Positions 32,141-42,061 are shown, counted from the first letter of the stretch. The stretch is 64,000 nucleotides of DNA from Trueperaceae bacterium (GCA_965213925.1 OZ243927.1:3520001-3584000), one strand, 5' to 3'. The notes: generated by a model not told the origin, from the letters alone. Numbers and translations are program-made.

Positions 32141-33679
32141 TTACTGTGCGACAGCTTTCCCCTCTATCCTCAAGAGGTAAGCACGCCCCTTATCTGCTTG
32201 ATCGCTAAGCCTAAAAAAGTGTCGACCTTTTGGTAGGAACGTCCTATACTCGCCACTCGTGAACTCATGATCACTCAAACGACCACCCATGGAGTTGTGC
32301 CTAGAAATTCTGAGGTATGAATCCAATACAGCACCTCCCTCCAGAGAAAAAGTGACATTTTGGTCTTCTTCAAGATCGATTGCAAACCAGTCCTCATCGT
32401 TTTGAGGAAGGTGAATGGTGTCCGAAAAAGGCAAACTTATGGTGTGAGCTTCGTCAACGGTATCGTTAGGTTCGTAGGCTTGATCGGTTATAGGCTGAGT
32501 TGTAAGTTCTATAGAGTAAGGTTTTTCGTACTCCAAATTAGAAATGTTCAAGTGGTACGTGCCCATATCGAGCGCGTGGGTAAAAGAGCCTCCCTCGGTA
32601 TGGTTGTAGACTGAGTTGAGGACACCTTCAGCGCGTAGTCTGTGATAGAAGGCTGAGTCGCGCGGACTGTCGCTACTCAAATTAAACGTTACGAGTTGAG
32701 CCGTATCCAGTTTGAAAGTAAGCCAATCTTCGTCTGTTTCAGTTAGATACATATTTCGTTTACCAGCGTTAGGTATGATGCTTGCCGCCATCTCAATGAT
32801 GTCGTTCGGCTCGAATTCCGCGTCTGGAAGAGGACTTGCTGAGACTTCTAACGTATAAGCGTGCGTGCTCGAGCTAATTTCGCCATCAACCTCTAAAAAG
32901 TACGTTCCTGCTGGGAGGAATTTGTAGCTGTTTCTTCTATTTCGCCAACCATCGTTGCTAGCAAATTCGTTTATAGGCTCCAACTGATCATCCATAAGCG
33001 TTACTCGCACTTCAAAGAAGCGGGCGTTGTCCTCATCGAAAGTGAGCGTAAACACGCCCTCCTTAGGTAGCGTAAATTTGAACCAATCGTTGCTGGTGAG
33101 GGTAGCTGTGATTGCGCTCTCAAGTTCTATGGTGCTGGCCTCATCGCTACTATCATTCGGCTCAAACATATCTTCGACAACAGGGGGAATTTCGAGAGCC
33201 CGATCGGAGGGTGTGAGGTTGACGCGAATAGTTGCCGCATCTTGTTCGCCATTTTCACATAGATCGTTTCTGAAAGATACAATCTCTCCTTTAAGAATAG
33301 AGTTTTCCAGCTCCAGATCAAAATCAAAGGCCCAAGCGCTCTGTCGAGGTGACATAATCGTGCCAGTAACTCTTTTTGGATTAGGAGTATCTGTGAACCA
33401 CAGGCCCTCTCCGTAAGCTACGTCAAAGGTGGATGACTGTATAGCGACCTTGAGGTCGTTGTATTCCTCGGTGAAAAAGTCTAAGACGACATCAACCTGC
33501 TCCAAATTGCCGCAAGTATTTAGTACTGCACCTCTATCTATCCAAGTTCCATAGAAAGCGCTTCTAGGGTCTTCTGGTTTTTCTACAGGTGGCTTAGGGT
33601 TGCCGCCGCAGCTCGAGAGAAGCCCGGTTAAGATTAGCACTGCTGATACGATAGCGGTGCGAAAGTAAAATCGCTTCAT
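32141..33679 (-). CDS. Lipoprotein with 3 EPND/PPC-like beta-sandwich repeats
   Basis: Lipobox LLSSC; three D-x-x-EPND..DW units. Confidence 0.75.
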   Translation of the reverse strand: MKRFYFRTAIVSAVLILTGLLSSCGGNPKPPVEKPEDPRSAFYGTWIDRGAVLNTCGNLEQVDVVLDFFTEEYNDLKVAIQSSTFDVAYGEGLWFTDTPNPKRVTGTIMSPRQSAWAFDFDLELENSILKGEIVSFRNDLCENGEQDAATIRVNLTPSDRALEIPPVVEDMFEPNDSSDEASTIELESAITATLTSNDWFKFTLPKEGVFTLTFDEDNARFFEVRVTLMDDQLEPINEFASNDGWRNRRNSYKFLPAGTYFLEVDGEISSSTHAYTLEVSASPLPDAEFEPNDIIEMAASIIPNAGKRNMYLTETDEDWLTFKLDTAQLVTFNLSSDSPRDSAFYHRLRAEGVLNSVYNHTEGGSFTHALDMGTYHLNISNLEYEKPYSIELTTQPITDQAYEPNDTVDEAHTISLPFSDTIHLPQNDEDWFAIDLEEDQNVTFSLEGGAVLDSYLRISRHNSMGGRLSDHEFTSGEYRTFLPKGRHFFRLSDQADKGRAYLLRIEGKAVAQ

Positions 33680-33804
33680 AAACATTCCCTTGAAATGATT
33701 TGAGCCTGGGTAGGCTTAGCGCATCGTAGCGGGTTTTTCCGCGTGAACGAGAGGAAAATTTAGCTTTGCAAAAAGCTGTCGAGCGTTCTGAAATTCTTTC
33801 TAAA

Positions 33805-33839
33805 GGGGTGAGCCCTCGGGTGACTCGAGGGCTCACCTC
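33805..33839. terminator. Long hairpin after the 759-aa lipoprotein gene
   Basis: GGTGAGCCCTCGGG/CTCGAGGGCTCACC. Confidence 0.6.
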
Positions 33840-33846
33840 AATTCAG

Positions 33847-36126
33847 CTACTTCTTAACGACGCTAAGACCGTATTTAGGCGCATTGCTGTAGTGGTGCGA
33901 AAACTTCAAGTAGTAGGTTCCGGCAGGAAGAACGGGCGAGTTCAGACCTTCATAGATATGGGACTGCTCGCGCACATAGTTTCCTTCAGCGTCGTACAGA
34001 TACCCGTAGAGCGAAGAGCTTCTCGTCTTCAGCGTGAGATTAATTTGCGCGGCGCTGTCCAGCGTGAAGCTAAACCAGTCCTCGTCACCGGAGGAAATGA
34101 CTAGGTTGTCGTCGGAGAATCCTAAGGCGATAGCGTGCGCTTCGTCGCGGGAGTTGTTGGGCTCATATTCCAAATCAGGAACCGCTTCGCTACTGATCGA
34201 GACCGAATAGGCGAAGTCTCTGTCGCTATAGTAAGAGGCGGTACTCAGCGACAAAACATAGCTGTCTGCGGGCAGGATAAAGGAGATAATGCCTTGGCTG
34301 CTAAGTGAGAAAGACTTGCCGCTGAGCTTGGTTCCGTCAGCAGTGTAGAACGCGCCGTTGACCCTGTAGGAGTCGGTGTCGCTCCGCTCTAAAGTGACGA
34401 GCTGCTCTTCGCTAAGGGTGAAGCTGAACCAGTCTTCGTCCTCTTGAGCCATGTAAAGCGCGTCGGTAAAGGGAAGTTGGATGGGCGTGGCGGCGTTGAA
34501 GCTGTCGTTAGGCTCGTGCTCCGCGTCGGGGATGGGTTCGCTGTTCACCTTTAAGGAGTAGCCCAAGCCGTTGCCGTAGTCATAGCCGTAGACGCGCAGG
34601 TAGTGCGTGCCCGCCTCGAGCGCCACGGTAAACGCATAGCCTCTATAAGAGCTACTCCTTTGCTCCTCTAAGTCAGCGTTGTAAAGAGCAGTGCTGAAGT
34701 CGTAATAGCTTTTACCCAGGTTGAAGGTGACGAGACGCGCTTCGTTTAGAGTGAGCGCGAACCAGTCTTCGTCCTCTTGCATGAGGTACATCTCGCCCGA
34801 GAAGTTGCCCGAGGCGTTAAAGGTTAGCTCGGCTGCCTGGTCCGCTGCGTCGTTGGGCTCGAAGGTACTGTCGGGTAGGTCTTCGCTGCTCACACGCACG
34901 CTGTAGGCGGTGGCGTCGTAATAGCGATAAATCTTGAGGTAGTAGGTTCCTGCCGCTAAGGTGGCGACGACGGTATCATCAGGGCTATCTTCGTATACGT
35001 AGATGCGACGCTGCTCATTGAACGCGCTGTCGAGGAGGGTGTAGCGGAGGCTCGAGCCGCTACTCTCCACCTCAAACGTGACGATTTGCGGCGTGGCTAG
35101 CGTAAAGCTAAACCAGTCCTCGTCGTCGTCGCTCAAGTACATCGCTAGCGCCTCTGCGCCGAGGGTGAGAGAGGTGGCACTTTGCGCACTCTCGTTGGGC
35201 TCAAACGCGGCGTCGGGTAAAGGCTCGCTCGAGAGGCTCAGACTGTAACCCCGAGTTTGCGAATTGACGTTGCCTGAAAGCCTCAACGTGTACACACCAG
35301 CCGAGAGCTGTATTTGCTTAGGTTTAGGGTTCGAACCGTAAAATTCGTAACTACCGAGCACCTCCTTTGACGCGTCGTAGATAATAGCGTCCACGTAGAA
35401 GTAGCTCGCATCGTCCGCTTGAACGTCCAAGGTGACGAGTTGCTCCTCGCTCAGCGTGAACTCAAACCAGTCCTCATCCTGTAAGACAAGCTCAGCCTGG
35501 TAGTCGAGGTCGATTTCGGCAGCTTCGTCAGCGCTGTTATTGGGCTCTAAGGCGTCGTCTTCGACGGGTTCTCGAGGTGTCCCTGTTGGCGGCGCGGCGT
35601 CCGTTCGCTGCAAGTCAACCTCGATGAGGATGGTATCGTCGCCTAGCGTTGGGTTCTCATAAGAATCACAAGGAAGGAACTCCTTGCCGAGGAGTTTTCC
35701 CGTGAGCCGCGATTCGCTCAGCGAGAGCGCCATGCCGAATGTGAAGGTATCACCGAGATCGTTGACGATGCTCGCTGTACCCGTGACCTTGTCGCCGCTG
35801 ACGCTACCCTTTGCCCTGCCGCTGACAAAAGCGTACTCGGTACCGTCATCAACACCTATGATGAGGGACCCTGAAAAGTCGCCTTGTCCGGTATTTTGCT
35901 CGAGCTGCATGTACACCTCGAGGTTGGGCTCGACGTACTCGCAGATTTCGTAACGTCCCCCTTCATCCTTCCAAGTGCCCGCCACGTTCAGCGTAATGGG
36001 AGGCAACGTGCTCTCTGTTTCGGGCGGGTCTACCGGGGGCGTGGTTTCGCCACAGCTCGAGAGCAGTCCAGTCAAAAGTAGCCCTACAACTACGGTTGTA
36101 GCGCGAAGACGATGAGATATTCGCAT
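33847..36126 (-). CDS. Lipoprotein with 5 EPN[DNE]/PPC-like repeats
   Basis: Lipobox LLSSC; five units with EPN, DEDWF.FTL and L.AG.Y.L. Confidence 0.8.
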   Translation of the reverse strand: MRISHRLRATTVVVGLLLTGLLSSCGETTPPVDPPETESTLPPITLNVAGTWKDEGGRYEICEYVEPNLEVYMQLEQNTGQGDFSGSLIIGVDDGTEYAFVSGRAKGSVSGDKVTGTASIVNDLGDTFTFGMALSLSESRLTGKLLGKEFLPCDSYENPTLGDDTILIEVDLQRTDAAPPTGTPREPVEDDALEPNNSADEAAEIDLDYQAELVLQDEDWFEFTLSEEQLVTLDVQADDASYFYVDAIIYDASKEVLGSYEFYGSNPKPKQIQLSAGVYTLRLSGNVNSQTRGYSLSLSSEPLPDAAFEPNESAQSATSLTLGAEALAMYLSDDDEDWFSFTLATPQIVTFEVESSGSSLRYTLLDSAFNEQRRIYVYEDSPDDTVVATLAAGTYYLKIYRYYDATAYSVRVSSEDLPDSTFEPNDAADQAAELTFNASGNFSGEMYLMQEDEDWFALTLNEARLVTFNLGKSYYDFSTALYNADLEEQRSSSYRGYAFTVALEAGTHYLRVYGYDYGNGLGYSLKVNSEPIPDAEHEPNDSFNAATPIQLPFTDALYMAQEDEDWFSFTLSEEQLVTLERSDTDSYRVNGAFYTADGTKLSGKSFSLSSQGIISFILPADSYVLSLSTASYYSDRDFAYSVSISSEAVPDLEYEPNNSRDEAHAIALGFSDDNLVISSGDEDWFSFTLDSAAQINLTLKTRSSSLYGYLYDAEGNYVREQSHIYEGLNSPVLPAGTYYLKFSHHYSNAPKYGLSVVKK

Positions 36127-36270
36127 GAAGATATTTTCCTTTTAGGTTGATTTAAGCCTCTGGAGGCTCAATCTATCGTAGAGATATCAGCTCAGCAAAG
36201 AGGGTAAAATCCGACTTTATGAAGGTTGTATTAGAGCCTCTAAACGCTAAAAATCAGGTAGGCTACTTTT

Positions 36271-37251
36271 ATGAACATTCTCGTCACGGGCGGCGCAGGC
36301 TTTATCGGCAGCGTCACCACCGAATCGCTCATCCAAAGAGGTCATAGCGTCACCGTGCTCGACAATCTAGCCACAGGGCACCGCGCCGCCGTTCACCCCG
36401 ACGCGGCGTTTATGCAGGCTGATATCGCAGATGCGGAGGAGGTCTCGCAAGTTATTCAAGAACACAATGTTGAAGCAGCTTTACACTTCGCCGCCTTTTC
36501 ACTCGTCGGCGAGTCGATGGCGCAGCCTGCGAAATACTTTCAGAACAACAGCGCGGGGACCTTGAAGCTACTAGAGACGCTGCTCGAGCACGACGTCAAA
36601 AAGTTCGTCCTCTCTTCAACAGCGGCGCTCTTCGGCAAGCCGGACACCCTCCCCATCTCTGAAGACGCCGCGATTCAACCCGGCAGCGTCTACGGCGAGT
36701 CGAAGTACCTTATCGAACGGATGCTGGATTGGCTTAATGAGACGCAGGACTTGGGCTTCGTAGCGCTCCGCTACTTCAACGCGGCGGGCGCATCCGAAAC
36801 GTACGGCGAGGACCACCGCCCCGAGAGCCACCTCATCCCCATCACCTTGCAAGTGGCGCAGGGTAAGCGTGACTATATCGGGATTTTCGGAAACGACTAC
36901 GACACGAGAGACGGCACCTGTGTGCGCGACTACGTGCACGTGCTCGACTTGGCGCAGGCGCATATTTTGGCGCTCGAGTCCCTCCAGACGGGCGAGGCGA
37001 AGCGCTACAACCTGGGCAGTGGTCAGGGATTTTCGGTGCGCGAGGTCGTCGAAGTGTGCCGGGAGGTGACGGGCCACGAGATACCGGAGAAGATAGAGCC
37101 GCGTCGCCCCGGCGACCCGGCGGCGCTCGTGGCGGACTCGGGGCTCATCAAACGCGAACTCGGCTGGCAGCCCGAGCACGAGTCTTTGGAGGAGATGGTC
37201 GCCTCGGCGTGGGCTTGGTTCGAGGCGCACCCTGAAGGGTACGGAAGCTAA
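36271..37251 (+). CDS. galE: UDP-glucose 4-epimerase
   Basis: TGGAGFIGS, YGESK, LRYFNAAGA, DGTCVRDYVHV. Confidence 0.97.
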   Translation: MNILVTGGAGFIGSVTTESLIQRGHSVTVLDNLATGHRAAVHPDAAFMQADIADAEEVSQVIQEHNVEAALHFAAFSLVGESMAQPAKYFQNNSAGTLKLLETLLEHDVKKFVLSSTAALFGKPDTLPISEDAAIQPGSVYGESKYLIERMLDWLNETQDLGFVALRYFNAAGASETYGEDHRPESHLIPITLQVAQGKRDYIGIFGNDYDTRDGTCVRDYVHVLDLAQAHILALESLQTGEAKRYNLGSGQGFSVREVVEVCREVTGHEIPEKIEPRRPGDPAALVADSGLIKRELGWQPEHESLEEMVASAWAWFEAHPEGYGS

Positions 37252-37672
37252 GGAGCGCTACCTTTTCATACCGCTCGACCTCTTCGTATATCGCATAGCC
37301 GTTTTTGCTGAGGGGTTGGAACTCGAGGCTTGAATTTGCGACCTCTTCGGCGGATGATACCCTTCAGCCGCCACACCTCCGAACCTTTAACATCATTTTC
37401 CTTTAGCATCTTTTTACCGAAATCTTAACGACCTCTTCACACCCCGTTCACTCCCGTGCTCAAAACTGAGCACCGTGAAGAAGATGAACGCCTCGTCGCG
37501 CGATAATGAAGTGAGAGTGAGCACACCGTGATGGGTATTTTTAGGGAGCTGTGTTAAGCTACCAGCGATTTACGCGCGCGGTGCATAGGTGCACAAGAGG
37601 GTGCGCGTACGCAGTTTAACCCTTCACGCGCGAGTTCGACACCGTCGCGCCACGAACGATTGAGGAGCAGCC

Positions 37673-38281
37673 ATGAAATTACTTGTTCAGATAGTTCTTA
37701 TCAGCGTCCTAAGCGTCGCTCTAGCCCAACAAGAGGTCACCGTCGGCGGCCTCGTGCAGACCGAGGGCGAACTGCCCGAAGCGGCGAAGGTCGGCGTGCA
37801 CGTGATCAACCTCGAGGGCGTGTGGGGCGAGGAAATCGCCACCGCGACGCCAGATGGGGGCACCTTCAGCGTCACGGTAGGCGAAGAGGTCGGTAGTGAC
37901 GCGCTCACGCCCTTCGAGGGGGGCGTCGTGCCGCTGCCGGGCTTGCAGAGCGAATATAGCGTGTCGCCGGGCGATGTCAACTTCACCCGCGCGCAAACAA
38001 ACGTCTATCTCGACGAAAACGGCAACGACGCCTTCGACCGCAACGCGGACACGCCTTACTTGGGCGTGGTCAACTTAGAGGAGCCGAGCGGATTTTTTGT
38101 CGTGCTCTACGTCGACAAAGACGCGACGCTCTCGGCGCAGAACCAGTCTTTAGACCTCTCGCAAGGCTGGAACCTCTTCACGGTGCGCTTTTCAGCCGAG
38201 GGCGAGGCGAGCTATGAGGTCGTCCCTGTAGTCGAGGACGCCGTCCTCGACGTGTTCTCGCCCGAGCCGCCCGCGAACTAA
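37673..38281 (+). CDS. Secreted hypothetical protein
   Basis: Signal peptide ending ALA; SD GAGGAG; DENGND EF-hand-like motif; LSQGWN. Confidence 0.7.
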   Translation: MKLLVQIVLISVLSVALAQQEVTVGGLVQTEGELPEAAKVGVHVINLEGVWGEEIATATPDGGTFSVTVGEEVGSDALTPFEGGVVPLPGLQSEYSVSPGDVNFTRAQTNVYLDENGNDAFDRNADTPYLGVVNLEEPSGFFVVLYVDKDATLSAQNQSLDLSQGWNLFTVRFSAEGEASYEVVPVVEDAVLDVFSPEPPAN

Positions 38282-38287
38282 GCGTTA

Positions 38288-38593
38288 GTACTCTGTTAGC
38301 TAAAGAATGAGTGATGTCATTCTGAACGTAGCCCTACGGCGAGCGTAGGATAGACTCCGCCCTACGGTAAACCATAGGATAGACTCCGTGAAGGAATCTC
38401 TGCATTCGCCTTCTTGTCTAGCCGAGAATGGAAGTAACAAAGTTTTGGCATAGCCAACCGAGACCCTTACGCATTCGCAAGGCTTACGCGTCGCGTGGTT
38501 CACGAAGTACTTCCGAAGGAAACCGCTCCCGCTAGCGACTTCGTGAACAGGGTGACATCAGTAAGAAGTATCAACACTTAGTTTACAGTGTAG
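38288..38593 (-). mobile_element. Composite MITE copy 4 (longest, 306 bp)
   Basis: Same core; TTA on both flanks; tandem GCCCTAC..TAGGATAGACTCC module. Confidence 0.85.
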
Positions 38594-38731
38594 TTAGTCT
38601 AAAGCTACGACCTTATATCGACTAACTTCAGTGAGTTAGCTAAACGTTTTTAAGATGTAGGAGGGTGCGCGCGGACATGACCTGCAGGTCATGTCCGCGC
38701 GCCCTTTTGTATCTGCCCGCTAACGCGCCGC

Positions 38732-38787
38732 TTGACAGGAGGCGCTCAGACTTGATAATCTCTCGATATATGAACAGGTGTTCATAC
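38732..38787 (+). promoter_or_regulatory. Promoter and SmtB/ArsR operator
   Basis: TTGACA(38732)..GATAAT(38754); inverted repeat TATGAAC-AGGT-GTTCATA. Confidence 0.85.
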
Positions 38788-38795
38788 ATAAAATT

Positions 38796-39092
38796 ATGAA
38801 AGCCGACCTTACTGAAGAAACCGCCACGCAACTCGCTGAACTCTTCCGCACGTTAGGCGACGGCGCGCGCATCCTTATTTTGGCGGCTTTAGCCGAGCGC
38901 GAGCACAACGTGAGCGACCTTGCGAAAGCCGCCCACTTGAGCGAATCCGCCGCCTCGCACCACCTGCGGCACCTGCGGCAGACGCGGCTCGTCAGGGCGC
39001 GCAAAGAGGGGCGCTACGTGTTTTACAGCCTCGACGACGAGCACGTAGAGCAGCTCGTGGCGTGTGGGCTCGAGCACGTCTTGCACGGCTAA
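38796..39092 (+). CDS. ArsR/SmtB metal-sensing repressor (alpha5 site)
   Basis: SESAASHHLR; DxH-x10-H-x2-H (DEHVEQLVACGLEHVLH). Confidence 0.92.
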   Translation: MKADLTEETATQLAELFRTLGDGARILILAALAEREHNVSDLAKAAHLSESAASHHLRHLRQTRLVRARKEGRYVFYSLDDEHVEQLVACGLEHVLHG

Positions 39093-39142
39093 AGCTCGGT
39101 TATTAGTTCAAGATATACAGGTCAAGACACATAGGGAGAAAC

Positions 39143-40045
39143 ATGGCACACGACCATTCACATGCGCCCAAAGACTTCGGCCGCGCTTTTGCGATAGGCA
39201 TCGGCTTAAACACGCTTTACGTCGTTGTCGAGGTCGTCATCGGTCTGCGCATCGGCTCGCTGGGGCTCATTGCGGACGCGGGTCATAACGCCAGCGACGT
39301 GCTCTCGCTCGTCATCGCTTGGGTCGGGGCAAGTCTAGCGCGGCGCAGCCCGTCAGAACGCTACACCTACGGACTAAAGCGCTCGCCGATCATCGCCTCG
39401 CTTTTCAACGCGCTACTGCTCTTCGGCGCAATGGCTATCGTGACGTGGGAGGCTATCCAACGCCTGCAAGACCCCGCGCCGCTGCCAGGCATGACGATCA
39501 TCTGGGTGACGCTCGTGGGGCTTATCGTCAACTTCGGCACAGCGTTTTTGTTCGTGCGCGGGCGCGGCGACCTCAACATCCGCGGCGCGTTCTTGCACAT
39601 GATGGCGGACGGGCTCGTGACGTTGGGCGTGCTCTTAGCGGGCGTCGCGTTCATCTTCACAGACGCCTATTGGCTCGACCCGGTCATCAGCCTCGTCATC
39701 GTCGCCGTCGTTTTATGGAGCACCTGGGGGCTCTTCGCGGACGCCATGCGCCTCTCACTCGACGCTGTGCCCGAGGGCATCGACCCCGAAGAGGTTCACG
39801 ACTACCTCAGGAGCCTCACGAGTGTCAAAGAGGTTCACGACCTCCACATCTGGGCGATGAGCACAACTGAGACGGCGCTAACGGCGCACCTCGTGTTAGC
39901 CGATGCGTCTAAAGCGGGCAATCAGCTTCTAAAAAGAGCGAATGAAGGATTGCACGATAATTTTGAGATTATCCACACGACGTTGCAGCTCGAGTACGGC
40001 GAGCCCGCCGAGCCCTGCGGTCAAGCCTCCGCCGAGGTGGTGTAG
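39143..40045 (+). CDS. czcD: CDF-family Zn/Co/Cd efflux transporter
   Basis: ADAGHNASD, LNIRGAFLHMMAD, HDLHIW. Confidence 0.9.
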   Translation: MAHDHSHAPKDFGRAFAIGIGLNTLYVVVEVVIGLRIGSLGLIADAGHNASDVLSLVIAWVGASLARRSPSERYTYGLKRSPIIASLFNALLLFGAMAIVTWEAIQRLQDPAPLPGMTIIWVTLVGLIVNFGTAFLFVRGRGDLNIRGAFLHMMADGLVTLGVLLAGVAFIFTDAYWLDPVISLVIVAVVLWSTWGLFADAMRLSLDAVPEGIDPEEVHDYLRSLTSVKEVHDLHIWAMSTTETALTAHLVLADASKAGNQLLKRANEGLHDNFEIIHTTLQLEYGEPAEPCGQASAEVV

Positions 40046-40857
40046 TGTCCCCCGATATATTTCAAGAGGTGTGGACGTGGTTTCGCGAGCTTGACCCGGT
40101 TTGGCAGGGCTTGGGCGGCGGCTTGGTCATCAGCTTTCTCAACCTCGTCGGCGCGCTCCTCATCCTGGTGTGGCGCGACCCGAGCGAGCGTCAACTCGAC
40201 GGGGCGCTGGGTTTCGCTGCTGGCGTGATGCTTTCGGCGAGCTTTACGAGCCTCATCTTGCCGGGCATCGAAGAGGGCGGCATCTTAGCTGTCGTGATCG
40301 GCTTGGCGCTCGGCGTGTTGGTGTTGGACCGCGCCGACGCTTGGGTGCCACACGTGCACGTGCTCGTTACCGGGCGGAGCCGCGAGGACGCCGCGGCGGG
40401 CGGCAGCGGGCGGGTCGCCTCAGTGATTCTCTTCGTCGTGGCGATTACGCTCCACAACATGCCCGAAGGTCTCTCGGTCGGTGTAGGCTTTGGCAGCGGC
40501 GACTTTCAAAATGCGGTGGCTTTAATGCTCGCCATCGGCATCCAGAACATCCCCGAAGGGTTTGCCGTATCGGTGGCGGCGCGAAACGCGGGGCTAGGCA
40601 ACCTCTCGTACGCCGCGTTTACCGGCATCCGTGCGGGTGCGGTGGAGATTCCTATCGCGCTTTTCGGCGCGTGGGCGGTGGGTTTGGCCGCGCCCCTCTT
40701 GCCCTACGCGATGGGCTTCGCGGCGGGCGGGATGCTCTACGTCATCAGCGACGAAATCATCCCTGAAACGCATACCAATGGAAACGAGCGCGTCGCGACG
40801 CTCGGCACGATGGTCGGGCTCGTACTTATGCTGGTACTGGATGTGGCGTTAGGTTGA
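40045..40857 (+). CDS. ZIP-family (ZupT/GufA) metal transporter
   Basis: FAAGVML, LHNMPEG, QNIPEG, EIIPE. Confidence 0.92.
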   Translation: MSPDIFQEVWTWFRELDPVWQGLGGGLVISFLNLVGALLILVWRDPSERQLDGALGFAAGVMLSASFTSLILPGIEEGGILAVVIGLALGVLVLDRADAWVPHVHVLVTGRSREDAAAGGSGRVASVILFVVAITLHNMPEGLSVGVGFGSGDFQNAVALMLAIGIQNIPEGFAVSVAARNAGLGNLSYAAFTGIRAGAVEIPIALFGAWAVGLAAPLLPYAMGFAAGGMLYVISDEIIPETHTNGNERVATLGTMVGLVLMLVLDVALG

Positions 40858-40864
40858 GGTGTGA

Positions 40865-40986
40865 TACCGTTTCCGGGTAATTCCTTTAGGAATTACCCCG
40901 AGTGTAACGAGTCGAAAAGATACGGATTTCGGTTGTGAACGAAAGAAACTCACTAGAGTTTATGTAGTGTTCAACCGAAATCCGTA
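40865..40986. mobile_element. Second MITE-like element (122 bp), Deinococcus small-repeat-like
   Basis: Ends TACCGTTTCCGG / CCGAAATCCGTA; TGA on both flanks; internal palindromes. Confidence 0.65.
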
Positions 40987-41014
40987 TGACTCAGTGTGAG
41001 ATTGAGTGTGCGGC

Positions 41015-41107
41015 GTAGGGCAAGTTTGAAACCCGCCCCTACACGTTAGGGCGTTCTCTACACCTCTCGGCGGCGCTGTGTAGGAGCGATTCATGAATCG
41101 CCTCTAC
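41015..41107. repeat. Two GTAG-type REPs
   Basis: GTAGGGC..GCCCCTAC (41015-41042) and GTAGGAGCGATTCATGAATCGCCTCTAC (41080-41107). Confidence 0.75.
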
Positions 41108-41119
41108 ACGCAGAAGGTT

Positions 41120-41752
41120 TTAGCCCACTCTTAACTCTTCCTCCGCCTCACCCTGCAAACTCTCCTGGATCGCCTTGGCGACCTCGTCCGGTTTGAGCGC
41201 GCCCTTAGGCGGGTCGCCGACGTTATCCCAAAAGTCTGAATCCACCGCTTTAGGCAGCACGAGCGTCAGGGACGCCTTGCGCTTCATCTCGGCGTTCGCG
41301 ATTTCGACGAGCGAGGCGACGCCCGCTTTGGCGGCGGCGTACGCGCCGAAGCCGCGGTACTTGACCAGCTCGGGGCGAGCGCCGACCACGAAAATGCGCG
41401 CGCCCTTATTGAGTTTCGCCTCGGCGTATTTCAGGGTGAAAAATACGCCCGTCAAGTTCGCGTCCATCACACGTCGCCAGTTCTCGGCGCTCGCCATTTT
41501 GAGGAGTTCGGGCTGGATGTCGCCCGCCGTATAGACGACGAGGTCGAGTTCGTCTATCTCGTCAAACAAGGCTTGCACCTCCAACTCGCTCGAGACGTCC
41601 GTCGGCACGACTTTCGCGTCCGCCGCGCCTTTGAGTTCACGCAGTTTCGTCTGGTCGCGCCCGACGAGCGTAAGTGCGTAGTCCCCCGCTAAGCGCTTTG
41701 TGAGCGCCGAGCCGATGCCCCCCGTGGCACCGATGATAAGAGCTTGTTTCAT
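41120..41752 (-). CDS. Short-chain dehydrogenase/reductase
   Basis: GATGGIG; YAAAK. Confidence 0.9.
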   Translation of the reverse strand: MKQALIIGATGGIGSALTKRLAGDYALTLVGRDQTKLRELKGAADAKVVPTDVSSELEVQALFDEIDELDLVVYTAGDIQPELLKMASAENWRRVMDANLTGVFFTLKYAEAKLNKGARIFVVGARPELVKYRGFGAYAAAKAGVASLVEIANAEMKRKASLTLVLPKAVDSDFWDNVGDPPKGALKPDEVAKAIQESLQGEAEEELRVG

Positions 41753-41836
41753 GTCTAGGAGGCTACCTTTCGTGTAGGAGGTGCGCCGTAGTACAGCCTA
41801 AGATTAAGCGCGTCAGCGTCTCGGCGGGTCAGCTTA

Positions 41837-42061
41837 CTACACCGTTAAGTAAAAAATGAGTGATGTCATTCTGAGCGGAACCCTCACCAGGGCAGGCTCC
41901 GTGGAGCGTAAGAATCTCTGCATTTGCCTTCTTGCCTAGCCGAGATTGGAGGACGAGACCCTTACGCATTCGCAAGGCTAACACGACGAAACAGCACCTA
42001 CGCCCGACTTCGTGAACAGGGTGACATCAGTAGGAAGTATCAATACTTGGTTTACGCTGTA
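41837..42061 (-). mobile_element. Composite MITE copy 5
   Basis: Same core and shell; separated from copy 6 by TTA. Confidence 0.8.
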
